Source: Octopus sinensis | Lineage: Eukaryota | NCBI RefSeq assembly: GCF_006345805.1 | Contig: NC_043014.1 | Location: forward strand, 22,072,001-22,136,000 | Length of the DNA: 64,000 nucleotides | Direction of reading: 5' to 3' | Part shown: positions 13,027 through 24,984 of the stretch, one piece after another | How positions within the stretch are numbered: the first letter of the stretch is position 1 | How the letters are laid out: every line of letters begins with the position of its first letter | Notes under the pieces: model-generated | The model's input: the letters and a program-made list of their open reading frames with translations, nothing else | What the model was told of the DNA's origin: nothing | Database searches by the model: none | Made by a program: the position numbers and the translations under genes

Positions 13027-13108
13027 CTTTCCTGATGAGAAGATTGCATAATGCACCCTTTATTCCTTCGGAATGAAAATATGCTGTCTTCGAAACATGT
13101 GTCGAGAG
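13027..13108 (+). ncRNA. Type I hammerhead ribozyme in PLE 3' region
   Basis: Stem I CUUUC/GAGAG, CUGAUGA, stem II GAAGAUUGCAU/AUGCUGUCUUC, GAAAC-AUGU-GUC; predicted cleavage after 13103. Confidence 0.78.
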
Positions 13109-13155
13109 TAAAAGAATTTTGTTAACATCTTCGTTCGACTCCATTCTTTCATTTA

Positions 13156-13244
<89 letters not shown>

Positions 13245-13246
<2 letters not shown>

Positions 13247-13404
13247 GACGGGCTTCTTTCAGTTTCCATCTACCAAATCCATTCACAAGACTTTGGTCAG
13301 CCAAGACTATAATAGGAGATTCTTGCTCGAGGTCCACGCGGTGGAACTGTACCCGAAACCATGTGGTTGGGAAGCAGACTTCTTACTACACAGCCACGCC
13401 TGCA
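13245..13404 (-). mobile_element. SINE family A, tRNA-like head portion
   Basis: Reverse complement GGCGTGGCTGTGTAGTAAG...CCACATGGTTTCGGG...GGAAACTGAAAGAAGCCCG matches 55270-55425. Confidence 0.75.
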
Positions 13405-13799
13405 TCTGTTGAATTAAATTAGTTTTTGTGTCATAAATGTTGCTGAGGTAAAAATAAGTGAAATAAACAAATGAAATTCGTCACCTGGTGGAGTGGCTGA
13501 AACTAGGTTTGTATTGATACAAGTTGAAACCATGTAGACAGCGATCAATTCTGTCGATTGTTTGCTTAAGCCGAGTGTTTGTTATAAAGAGAGTAAGAGC
13601 ACATTTGGCGGGGTTCTACTGAAAAAGTCATGACTAGACAGCGTGCTCCTGCTGTCATCTGCTGAAAAAAACAGGTGAGAACTTGGAGTTCCACTTAATA
13701 TAGCCACTATGGCCTATGCCTTGTTGCGAGATAAACATTTAGTTTAAATAAACGACACCAACTCCCTCACTCACTCAAGCAACACACACACACACACAT

Positions 13800-13846
<47 letters not shown>

Positions 13847-14249
13847 ACTTTTGGACGCATGCATATGATGTTTTATATGTTTTAGTAAAGACGAAATTTT
13901 TGTGGACTATATGTATTTTTGTATTTTATAATATGCTATCTGATTGAGACGATGGACACCATTAATTAGCTTATATTCTTGTTTTTTTCTTCTTTTGACA
14001 GAATACATCTACGATCTGCAGCAATTGTCCAGGGAAGACTAAGGACAGCAAATGTGAGCAGAAACGAATCCAAAAACCTAATCTCCGGTGATATTGCAGA
14101 GATAATAAAAATATTAATATTAATAATTGTTATTTATTAATTGGCTTCGTTCATTGGACTGTGGCCATCCTGCAACGCGGTTTCCAGTAGTTTCAGTTAG
14201 TTTTATCAACTACCATACTTATTGCACACTATTATTTACTTCGCTAAAT

Positions 14250-14467
14250 GCGGCAAGCTAGCAGAATTGTTAGCACGCTGGACAAAGTGCTTAGCGTTAT
14301 TTCGCCTGCTTCTACGTTCTGAGTTCAAATTCCGCCGAGGTTAACTTTGCCTTTCCACCTTTCGATGTTGATAAAATAAGTTTCAGTGAAACACTGGGGT
14401 CGATTGTAATCGACTAGTCCCCTCCCCTAAAATTTCAGGCCTCGTGCCTTTAGTAGAAAGGATTATT
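14250..14467 (+). mobile_element. SINE family B copy
   Basis: TTCTGAGTTCAAATTCCGCCGAGGTTAACTTTGCCTTTCCACCTTTCGATGTTGATAAAATAAG core. Confidence 0.8.
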
Positions 14468-15074
14468 TACTGATGTATAGCTGTCAAGACGCTAAGTTAA
14501 CTTTTGATGCAACAACGGTATTTTAATTAGTGGTGTTGTGTCATGAACATATACACAGAAGCGCATACGCTCGCATGTATGTGTGTGTGTGGGTATAGAT
14601 GTGTGTGTGTAGCACAAGGTTGTTCACCAGATCATCAGAACTGATGAGCTAGCTTTCTTTATCTACATTGATTTGTAAATATACAATTGCATTATATAAT
14701 GTGTAGCACGCCTATTAGCGCACTGATGTAAAATAATTTATTGTACGCTTATTACTTTGTGACGAAGGCTACGAAACGGCTGTAACACTAAGGAAGACAA
14801 GTAGTTTGATGAATATATTCACCACTCATATCCCCTGACTTTTTACGAAATAATTTTATTAACAGGATCTCCTGGGTTTCCGCTGCATAGAACTCTGAAT
14901 TATACTCCTCCATATGAATTTACTATGTGGTCTGCTAGCCGGGTCCGCCTGAGGAGCTTTTCGTGATAGTCACTTGATTCTATGAATCTATATATTACTC
15001 CACAAAGATATAAACGTCAGTGTATATACTCGTATGCATTTAGGACTTTTAGGAAAACACAAGTATCTTTCATT

Positions 15075-15405
15075 TTTTCCTTGTTTCAGTTATTAACTAC
15101 GGTCATGCTGGGGCACCGCCTTGAATTTTTATTCGAATGAATCGAGCCCAGTACTTATTTAATTTTTTTTTTGTTAAGCCTTGTAATTATCGGTTCTATT
15201 TGTCGAACCGCTAATTTGCGGGGACGTAAGCACACCAACACTGGTTGTTAAGCGATGGTGGGGGACAAACGCAGACACAAAGACGCGCGCGCACACACAC
15301 ACGCCAGGCTTCTCTCAGTTTCCGTCAACCAAATTCACTAGCCGGCTCGGGGCATTAGTAGAAGACACTTGCCCAAGGTGCCACACAGTGAGACAGCCAC
15401 GCCTG
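15075..15405 (-). mobile_element. SINE family A, near full length
   Basis: Head and LINE-like tail both present in reverse complement. Confidence 0.8.
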
Positions 15406-15849
15406 AGCCTTAAAACAGAAACAGATTCGATAACGTACATTTATTAACACAGATGCTTTTATTTTAGTAATAATAAACATACAACTTTCAAACTAGTCCC
15501 TACAATTGTGAGAATAGGAATATGTTTTTCTCTATTCTTATAGTAACAACTTTGAGGCTTTTTAGTCTCACAGTCTGTCTTACTTCATACTACGCATGCA
15601 CAAAAATCTAGCCTTACTAGATTCTGAAGTCGAATTTCGACCAAAATATATGACCTATCGTCCTTATAAACATGCTCTAATTAGTCATATATATTCTCGT
15701 ATCCGGCAAATATAAATTTCCAACCAATCTGAATTTTCCCCTCAACTTGCTTATCTTGTATTATAAATAAAACAAATTTATAGAGCTCTATGTTTTATTA
15801 ACCTCGCTAAGCAACAGATCATAGATTTTTGCCGTTAAATATTTAGTGA

Positions 15850-16030
15850 TATAGGTGCAAGTGTGACTGTGCGGTAAGAAGCTTGCTTCCCAACCACATG
15901 GTTCCATGTTCAGTACCACTGCGTGGCTGGCACCTTGGGAGTGGATTTGTAAAGACGGCACTTGTGAGTGGATTTGTAAAGACGGCACTTGTGAGTGGAT
16001 TTGTAAAGAGGGAAACTGAAAGTAATCCCC
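15850..16030 (+). mobile_element. SINE family A head with internal 27-bp tandem triplication
   Basis: GAGTGGATTTGTAAAGACGGCACTTGT starts at 15939 and 15966, with a partial third copy at 15993. Confidence 0.75.
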
Positions 16031-16096
16031 CACGTAAATATGAATATCATTACTACGTCATGTTGCAAGACAAAACTTGCACCGACCATCAATATA

Positions 16097-16482
16097 CTAG
16101 CAGTATCGCCCGGTGTTGCTCGGGTTTGTTTCGACCCGCTGGAATTGGAATTTTTGAAAAGTAAAAATTTTGCATTATGTAGCTTGTTATTCTCTTCAAG
16201 TGAACATTTTTGTGGTTGAAATACACCGAAAAGTGGCGACACGGCAGTGAAAAAATCGTAAAAAATCGGGATTTTCATAGAAAAAAGCACCTTTTTGATG
16301 TAAATAATTTTTGGTGTTAACATGGTCCGATTTGAATTTTATCTTCTACGGAAGGAAGAGCAACCCTTCTATCATACTCTCAATTTTGGTCAACTTGTGC
16401 CGCAGGGTCTTGGAGGAGATAGTGTTAGTTGAAGGCTACCAAACCTGGTGCACACAGACAACTTCAGCTTTATATATAGAGA
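16097..16482 (-). mobile_element. Non-autonomous Helitron-like element
   Basis: Minus strand: A|TCTCTATATATAAAG 5' end, subterminal hairpin CCCG-n8-CGGG, 3' CTAG|T. Confidence 0.75.
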
Positions 16483-16666
16483 TAACACACACACATTAAT
16501 ACACATACGCACACACACACACACACACACATACACATGTATGTATGGATGGATGGATGTATATATATATATATGTACATCTGTCCACTTCTTGCCATAT
16601 TTTTATCCTTCACTTCCTACACACACACACACACACTCACATACACAGACACAGACACACACACAC

Positions 16667-16705
<39 letters not shown>

Positions 16706-16984
16706 ACACACACACACACACACCCCTTCTTAGCTTACAATTTTCTTTCAACAATTGACAACTGAAGTACGCTCGCAAATTAATACTACGAAAACTTAGC
16801 GACAGAAAGTAAATTAAAAACCAATTTACCTTTTCTGTTGAGTTATCATTCTAATTCGACCGTCTGATTTCCTTAAATCCGTCTCTTTTCTTCAACTGAA
16901 CTTAGTTCCTATCGTTTCTTAAAGTCCTTTGTGAAATCTAGGAGTGTTTTTTTTTGTTATTTCTCGAGAAAGTTTTGTTTCCTG

Positions 16985-17872
16985 GACACTAAAAACTAAC
17001 GGGAAGTAGACAACAGTCCCAGTACAATTGGTGTAATAGTGTAACTCATAATGTGAGCGGTTAGCATCTACTCACCATATATCAGTGAATTGTTGCTGTA
17101 TGTTTGCAAATGTGTTCGAATGAGAAAGTGAATTGTGTTTGGTGCCATTTTTACTAATAACACACACACACACACGTGTGTGTGTGTTTGAGTGTTTGTA
17201 TGTAGTTGTTTGAAATGTTTGTGTTTGTCACAATCATATATGTATATGTTTGCGTGTCTATGTGTGTAAAGAGAAAGTAGGAGAAAGTGTGGTAATAGGC
17301 GGGGTAAAGCCTTTGAAGTGAGAGAGGGAAATCGTAAAATATTGAGTTTTCTCGAATTTTTGCTTAATTGGGGGTCAAATTGAAAGAAATTTATATGCCA
17401 TGACTGAATGGAATGTACTTCGAAAAATCATAGGTAAATTCCAATTGAAGAAATTCTGTGAGGAGTAAATCGTTATGTATTTATTTGTTTCTGTTTGCTC
17501 TGTATTTTTTTTTTGAGTAGTGGTTTAAGGTACACTTGCAAAGAGAAAGTAGGAGAAAGTGTGGTAATAGAAGGAGTGAAGCAGTTGAAATTAGAGAGGC
17601 AAATCGTTACACTTGCAAAGAGAAAGTAGGAGAAAGTGTGGTAATAGAAGGAGTGAAGCAGTTGAAATTAGAGAGGCAAATCGTAAATATTTAGTTTTCT
17701 CGAATTTTTGCTTAATTGGGGGTCAAATTGAAAAAACTTTATATACCATGACCCAATCGAATCTACTTCGAAAAATCATAGGTAAATTCCAATTGAAGAA
17801 ATTCTATATTGTAGAATTGTATTAAAAACAAACATGGTAACAGGCAGAGAAAATCTGCCTTTTATCATAAGA
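16985..17872 (-). mobile_element. Probable Helitron-related repeat with internal module duplications
   Basis: 5' TCTTATGATAAAAGGCAG resembles the 57412 terminus; 17270-17460 repeats at 17620-17810; exact 77-bp tandem at 17531/17608; 3' end unclear. Confidence 0.4.
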
Positions 17873-18169
17873 GGTTTAGTTACAATAAATAGACTATGTT
17901 CTAACTCGGTACTGAGTCCTTTAAGCTACTTTTTTTTATTCCAATCAACGGAAATTGCTTTAAACACCAAGGACTTCCAAATATTGTATTCAAATTTTTA
18001 ATTACAAGGTATTTCTTCACAAATTCTCTAGTATTTAAATATGTCTGTGTGTGCGCGCGTGGGCATCCGCAAATGTTTGCGTATACGTCGTTGCAAACAT
18101 TTATGGAATGCTAAGTGGAATTTTTCACTCTGAATATTTGTTTGTGCACATTATCTCGAATCTCAATGA

Positions 18170-18200
<31 letters not shown>

Positions 18201-18268
18201 TGTATGTATGTATGTATGTATGTATGTATGTATGTATGTATCTATCTATCTATCTAGCTAGCTAGCTG

Positions 18269-18298
<30 letters not shown>

Positions 18299-18306
<8 letters not shown>

Positions 18307-18387
18307 AAAGTAAAAAGAAAAAGAGAAAATGCACACTGGATATAAAAAAATAAGGCTTTTTTATGAAAAGTAATGATATATATATAT

Positions 18388-18421
<34 letters not shown>

Positions 18422-18734
18422 CAATTAGATGAACTGAGGTAGAATTAAGAGGTATAAAAGTCATTATTATGAATTGTTAAAGAAGATTCAGAGTCAAACC
18501 GGTATCGTCAAAAACTGTTCACTGACTTTGAACAGCGAACAGCTTTTGACGATACCGGTATGACTCTGAATCTTCTTTAACAATGCATAGTAATGGCTTT
18601 TATACCTCTTGATTCTACCTCTGTTCATCTAATTGTATATATATATATAGATCGTTACTTTTCATAAAAAAGCCTTTATTTTTTTTATATCCAATGTGCA
18701 TTTTCTCTTTTTTTCTTTTCACTTTTCCCCCTAT
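18299..18734. repeat. Long inverted repeat (about 200-220 bp arms, 16-bp spacer)
   Basis: 18299-18520 is the reverse complement of 18537-18734 with scattered mismatches and unequal internal (TA)n. Confidence 0.9.
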
Positions 18735-18786
18735 TTATACCACGTGTAGTTTCTTTTCTCTTTGAAATCTATAAATATATTTCTAT

Positions 18787-18849
<63 letters not shown>

Positions 18850-18850
<1 letters not shown>

Positions 18851-19332
18851 ATTAGGGCTTAGTAAAATAAATTACTTTGCCACATACTGAACTTAGTAGA
18901 AATAGCAGCCAAAAAAAATTTTCTTAGCATTTCTACTACTTAAAGAAAATTTCTCTCGGATAATGTTTACTCCAGACAGCTCACAAAGGTTTGGGGGTAA
19001 ATACAGAAAAATATCACAAGTACATAGATCGTTTGAGTACGTCAACGTTTCAAGATTAGCCAAATAAAATCAGCATTTCTTTCGTCAGCTCAAAATTTCT
19101 AAAAAAGAAGGAACTTTACCTATCAGCGGACTTGTCGCTTCAGATGAACCACTCCAACTAACAGTGTCAACAAATTCAAAATGCGCAGGCCTAAAATTCT
19201 GCACTCCCCATTCCACCCACGTGGTCTATCTAGCAAACATTATATTTTAACCGCGAGAACCGAGGCAGTATGACCGAGAGAAATGAATTATAATATCATA
19301 CCCTCAAATATAATAATTTTACCCTCAATTGT

Positions 19333-19335
<3 letters not shown>
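18850..19335 (-). mobile_element. Non-coding hammerhead-bearing unit (retrozyme-like / PLE pLTR)
   Basis: Bounded by (TA)n both sides; canonical hammerhead at 19032-19094; TTGGCTGCTATTTCTA at 18897-18912. Confidence 0.65.
19032..19094 (-). ncRNA. Type I hammerhead ribozyme, canonical core
   Basis: UUUGAG-CUGACGA-AAGA...UCUU-GAAAC-GU(UG)AC-GUA-CUCAAA: 6-bp stem I, all core bases intact. Confidence 0.8.
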
Positions 19336-19391
<56 letters not shown>

Positions 19392-19398
<7 letters not shown>

Positions 19399-20364
19399 AC
19401 GGACCACCTGCCGTCGCTCGGTCGAACGGAGAATTCGCCACACAGAGAGGACTCGGTGGGGGAATGGCAGCGACGAACTCGAACCGGCGACCGGAGAGAA
19501 CGACGACAACAAACAGTAGGAAGAGATACAGAGATACGGCGGAAGGCAATTGGCTACATTTAACAACTAGTTTATGGCAATCATTACAACATCAAATACA
19601 TTTAAAGATACATCAGATATATCAAAGAAGGAAACAACAGATCAAAGCATTTAAACAGTATGCAGATGCAATATACAGTTCAGAGACAATAGTTCGAATC
19701 CAATTAAAACAACGATACAGTTCATAGACAAATAAGTTCAGATCACATTAAAGTCCTTCTCTTTTTCTTTAGCACTTATCAATACATTTCAACAACTCTT
19801 TTTTTCTTTCCTTAATTCACAATGTCTTTTTACTGTCTCATTTCTTTTCCAGCCTTTAGCACTGTTCTTTATAACATATCAACAAGTCCTTTACTCAATT
19901 CACATTGTTCAATTCTTTTACATAAGTAACACAACTCAATAATCAACACATACCGTACAACAGCCAATGCCTCACACCGTAGTCCATCTCTATTAGCTGT
20001 TTAATCCTATGTGTATGCCTTCCTCAGCCCCTCATCCTCTCACTGTCTGCCTGTCGCTCTCAACGCTGTCCTGTCACTATCTCGCCTGTCATCTCTCATG
20101 ACTGTGTGTCTGTCTTTCTCTGCACTTCCTTCGTAATCCTTTTGCTGTCTCTGGCAGAACTACCTGTTGCCAACTCACTCTGTTCCCGACTACCTAACAG
20201 ACTCACATCTCTTTGCTTTTTAAGGGGTTTCCTCGAACTTTCCATGACCGGCACAAGGGGAGGGGTCCTTCCAAAAGCCATCACTCTTTCGTGAATCTGA
20301 CAGAACAATGGGTTTATTCCAAAAGTAGGTCGCAACCAACTGTCCTTAAATTGAACTCACAACA
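19392..20364. mobile_element. Probable solo LTR
   Basis: Termini TGTTGT...ACAACA form a perfect 6-bp inverted repeat; flanks ATATA/ATATC (4 of 5 match); no ORF. Confidence 0.5.
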
Positions 20365-20369
20365 ATATC

Positions 20370-20660
20370 AAATACAAAATGGGACAAGAACGCAAAACAT
20401 CCAGACAGTTAGGTGATACAAAAAGGGACAAAACATCCAGATAGACGATACAAAGAGAACAAGGACGGGTCATTCGAAGATTTTCGCAATTTCGGCTTAT
20501 TATTCTTGAGATTGCTCCAATCTGGCCAGCTCCAAGGAAGAACTAAGCTAAGAGCATTAGATTCCTTGGAAGAAAGCAGCGAATGTATACAAAAAACAAG
20601 GACGGAAAAAACAGACAAAGTTACACATATTAATACAATAATAAATACATATACAATAAT
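20370..20660. repeat. Interspersed repeat, second copy at 54990-55250
   Basis: Shared GGGACAAGAACGCAAAACAT...TTCGCAATTTCGGCT...TTGAGATTGCTCC...TAGATTCCTTGGAAGAAAGC; next to microsatellites. Confidence 0.75.
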
Positions 20661-20679
20661 AACAGGACATAACAACAGG

Positions 20680-20762
<83 letters not shown>

Positions 20763-20783
20763 GTCTGTCTGTCTGTCTGACTG

Positions 20784-20870
<87 letters not shown>

Positions 20871-20879
20871 CTATTTATA

Positions 20880-21078
20880 TATATGTTCAACTCTACACAG
20901 TTTTTATCTCTCCGTTTTGTTTTCGTTCTCTCTTAATTTTTTCCTCTTATTCCTTTTTGTCGAAGAGTGTAGGCTCGATACGTAAAAGACTTCTCCATTT
21001 TTCCCGAACGTTAAACTAATACACTTGCTTATTGTTCCTACACCTATCTTCGTCTTTTTTTTTGGGGGGGGAAATTTG

Positions 21079-21085
<7 letters not shown>
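20880..21085 (+). mobile_element. Solo pLTR-like fragment related to 7310-7560
   Basis: TTGTCGAAGAGTGTAGGCTCGATACGTAAAAGAC and ACTAATACA...CACCT..CTTCGTCTTTT shared; ends in (TA)n. Confidence 0.6.
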
Positions 21086-21126
<41 letters not shown>

Positions 21127-21447
21127 GTAATGTTAAGATCCAAAGATCAAGGTGTAGGAAGTTAGTAAGCTTCGAGCAGTCCGTAGAAAGTATAAAAAAA
21201 CAACTTTCAGGAACAATAGTGGTTTATTGACGTAGAAGGTTGTGAATTTTTCCGATATTAAAGTTCGATAAGCTGAAGGAAGTTATTTTATAGTTCACGG
21301 TTAGCACCTGGGGTTGTTGTGTATGCGAGTTAACATAGGATCCCTTGATAACAATGTAAACTTCATTTGATTAAGGTATCTATCTACATATGTAGTCCGG
21401 ATTTTACCTGCTCCATTCCCTAAATTTGCATATATATATCTTCTGCA

Positions 21448-21514
<67 letters not shown>

Positions 21515-21532
21515 TAATAATAATACTCAACA

Positions 21533-21765
21533 GACATAATAGAGCTGCATAATATATTCATTGGATAAATTGCAAAAGCTTGGACTTGCCCCATGATAAA
21601 AACTATTGGGAACACAAACCACCTCCAGTGCTTGAAAATGACCACATCTCACTCCTCTGGAACTTCGCCATTCAAACTGACAGAAAGATAGATGCGAATA
21701 GGCCAGACATCGTAGTAAAAGACTTCAGACAAAAAACATGCCTCCTCATTGATATGACTCTCTCA
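21533..21765 (+). mobile_element. R4/Dong-like RLE domain fragment
   Basis: QYIHWI...WEHKPPPVLENDHISLLWNFAIQTDRKIDANRPDIVVKDFRQKTCLLIDM; follows (TAA)n; same family as 2528-3800. Confidence 0.85.
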
Positions 21766-24700
21766 GATGAGAATTCATTTCCGTTGCAGATTTGCATGAT
21801 TTGTAGCATAGGCGTCAGATGAAAGTTGTGACTTACTGTGCACTTCCAGCTGGTTAGGTCTGCATCTGTTACTTCTTCTCCATAGCCATAGAACTTTTCA
21901 ATAGACGGAATGCCGAATAAGATCATCATAAAGAAACATCTGTACGTCATGAAAATGATAAGCGTTTGTACACCACGAGTACCACTCTCTGAATTTCCGT
22001 GATTAGACACTAGTGACAGGTTGAAGTGAAATGACCAATAATCATGTGAAAACATAGGTTTTACATTATAGTGTCCCTTTTCTAGAAGGGTGCTCTGACA
22101 ACAGCTAAGGGTCCCTCACTCTTGGTGATTTTACTGCGTGCCCTGACACCAACCAATGTCATTTCTACGTTCTCGCACACTCATACAGAGTATCATCACA
22201 TGCGCTAGTTAACCCATAACTGGTGCTACTACTCTGGGTCAGAGTAGACCTGGGAACTAGACCCCCCTCTACCTGGTACTGTTTAAAGTCATACTTTTAT
22301 ATCCTAACACAGGTTGGATATATAAATTAACGAAACGGAGGTTAATCAATGTGTTCACACGATGTACTTCGTAAGACTACCAAGCGCTCTCTATTTCATT
22401 TTATTTGGCCATTGTAGGCCCTATACAGAGAGGACGAACAAGGACAGACAATACAGTACAAGTGGGGGCATAAAACATAAACTAATGAATAAAATGGATT
22501 TATATAATGAATGAAGGTGTAATGGCTACTCGAACCCCCACTTTCGAGTAGTACCATTTTAACTATATTTTCTCCTCTTCTTTATACTAACGTTTGTGAA
22601 ACTGATTCATCTTAATATATAAAATATGGTGTCAATTGTTCAAATTCTATCACAGGTGATAGATAATCATATCTTACTTCCCGACCTAGTGGGTTCACAT
22701 CATCGCCAAAGCTTGCCGTTAATTTTTTGTAATTGTTTATGTATATTAATATACATTCCATGCCTGGTATGCGTAAATCGTCCTTCTCTATAATTCTTAT
22801 TACCGTCTTGATTTTTGCAATTTTTCCTCAATGGCCGAGTTCGAACAGTAGTGCGTTAGATACGCCTTATGTTTATAACTGGCCTGTAATGCTTGTGTGC
22901 CTATTTGTGTGTATTTAACTGGAGATTCTGGGCTGTCTGTGTGTACTTGACTGGGGATGCTAGTCTGTCTGCGTGTGATGGCGATTCTGGGTTGTCTAGG
23001 ATATTCTTGTATTTTTACCGTAACGGAATATATTGTGTGGGTGCTTGTATGTTACTTACATCCTTCTTTTTTTTTTTTAGTTCTTCGGGGGTGGGGAGTT
23101 TTTAAAGTCCTTCCTCTTATTATTTTGTACTTCCTGGAATCCTTCATCTCCGCTTTCTACATCTGATTCTTCTGTATTTTCCTTTAATTCCTCATCTCTG
23201 TTATTTTCTTCTTGTTTCTCCTCTACCGGTGTCTGGCTGTTAAGAAGGAGACAATTAACAAGAGCAATAAGAGCAAGCCACTAGCAACAATACCACCACC
23301 ACCACCACCACCACCACCACCACAACTATCAATGCAGTAACTTTTGAATAATCAATTGGCAGCAACAATAATAGTACCAGCATGATAGTAATGTTTGTAG
23401 CTACATATGTTGTATGTCAACACAATTGTGCACTTCAGCTCTTTAACTAATGGTAATCATGCAGTATTTCCTTCCAACTAGCTCCTTCGCCTTTTGATCT
23501 TCTCGTTTCCATTTTTACATCTATAACAATACGACAATAATGTCTGGCGCTCACAAAACAGTTCTTTCCTTATGCTATTGTTTTACTATATATTTATTGA
23601 GCCTAATTGTTGACCATCACTGATTTTAGATTTGCCTACAGTTCAAGATGTCTGGGAAAGTCATCAAGTGGAACTGAAGGTGGTATTGCGAAAAGGAACC
23701 GTAAAAGATTATACTGTATATTAAGCTTGATCTTTTATAAAGGCTTGAAGCGGGAGAAACACAATTAGTCACACTGTCAAAACAATGCTTGCAACGTCTA
23801 CATTAGGAACAATGAGTCACTGTAGAGAGGAATTTAAGTCAATTACTCAAGAAGTTACTCTTTATGAAATTTCGTAGGGCGACTAGCTGTAACACAGTTT
23901 AGCACGACAACAAAAGGGTTTGTTTCCTTTGGAGTAAAACAGGTATGAGTCAAGAGATGTAGAGAAAATGACAGTTATGATGGTGTAATAGTTGAGCTGG
24001 ACTGTTAGTGCAAGATACAAACAGAAACATTGTCAGTTTGTCAAAACACTGTTTATTTTTCTCCTCCAGTCTTTCTTTAACCTCTCTCTTTCTGTCTCTC
24101 ACACACACGAACACATTTTTACTCACCTCTCATAATACACACACTCATGCGCGTACACACATACAAATATGCACACATTTAATAAATGAATGGCAAAAAG
24201 CATTCGTCAGTCGTAGGCTAATTAATCTGATTACGTAACTCTTGTTCTTTTGCCATTAATCTATCAATATTAAGTTCTATACTTCTGATTCATATAAGAG
24301 TTCGAAACTGAGAAAGTTTACATAATTACACACACGCACTCGCACGCACGCGCGCGCGCACACACACAATTTAATACGAATAGATGGACAGCCTTTATTA
24401 TACATCACTACAATGGTTTCAACGCATCATCATCAATTGTTGGTTGTTGAATGTTACACGTATTATACGCAATATTGTATTAATATGATTTAACAATAAC
24501 TGTATACATGCGCATCCAAGGGTGACTAGAGTCAAAGCACTGACGTACTATCTTTAGTTTCTCCACGTTTTATTTATCTACACCAAAATGTTATTTTTAG
24601 TATTCTTCTGACAAAGAAGAACAAGGAAATACAAAGAGATACAAATGAGAAAAACAACAAAAATAAATTAAGGCAAATGAATTATAAAGAATAAAGAAAT

Positions 24701-24984
24701 TACATATTCGTTCGATCTTTAACTACAGACTTGTCTAGAATTTTAGTAAAATATAACTTAGATAACTTAGATATGTTTCAGCCAAAGACTAGCCCAAGCC
24801 ATGTCTAATTTAATAGCAGAACCTGATAGGATAATTCTCTTGAGGAAGAGGGAATCTAATATAGCTGTAAATAATAGCGTGTTAGTATTGGGTAAAACAC
24901 AGATAGAAAAAGTAGGAAAGCTCCATGAACATCCTTCGACATTTTGCACCCAAAAGGTTTTTATCCCAATTATATTATATATAT

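Larger units (their letters stand above)
8763..13164. mobile_element. Head-to-head inverted Penelope-like element (RT + GIY-YIG)
   Basis: 8897-10210 is the reverse complement of 10970-13164 (left arm lacks about 870 bp); PLE RT motifs and a C-terminal GIY-YIG; right end enters (TA)n, left arm probably extends to the (TA)n at about 8760. Confidence 0.9.

Noticed and set aside
14632-14790. TCATCAG-AA-CTGATGA palindrome and nearby GTGACGA...GAAAC
   Set aside because: Could not assemble stems I-III consistently on either strand.
15939-16010. 27-bp repeats suggesting a CRISPR-like array
   Set aside because: Direct tandem copies with no spacers, inside a SINE, in eukaryotic DNA.
18475-18510. TTAAAGA-A-GATTCAGAGTC-AAAC-CG-GTA as a hammerhead relic
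   Set aside because: Three core changes and no stem I pairing; only the ACCGGT palindrome fits.
20413-20985. 190-aa ORF
   Set aside because: Spans an interspersed repeat, a (TCTA)n array and a pLTR fragment.
22526-22551. 9-bp hairpin CTACTCGAA/TTCGAGTAG
   Set aside because: Isolated, with no second copy or functional context in the window.
23642-23860. Possible decayed EGF-like exon (SHCQNNACN...SHCRE)
   Set aside because: Needs a frameshift and several lost cysteines; pattern too weak to call.
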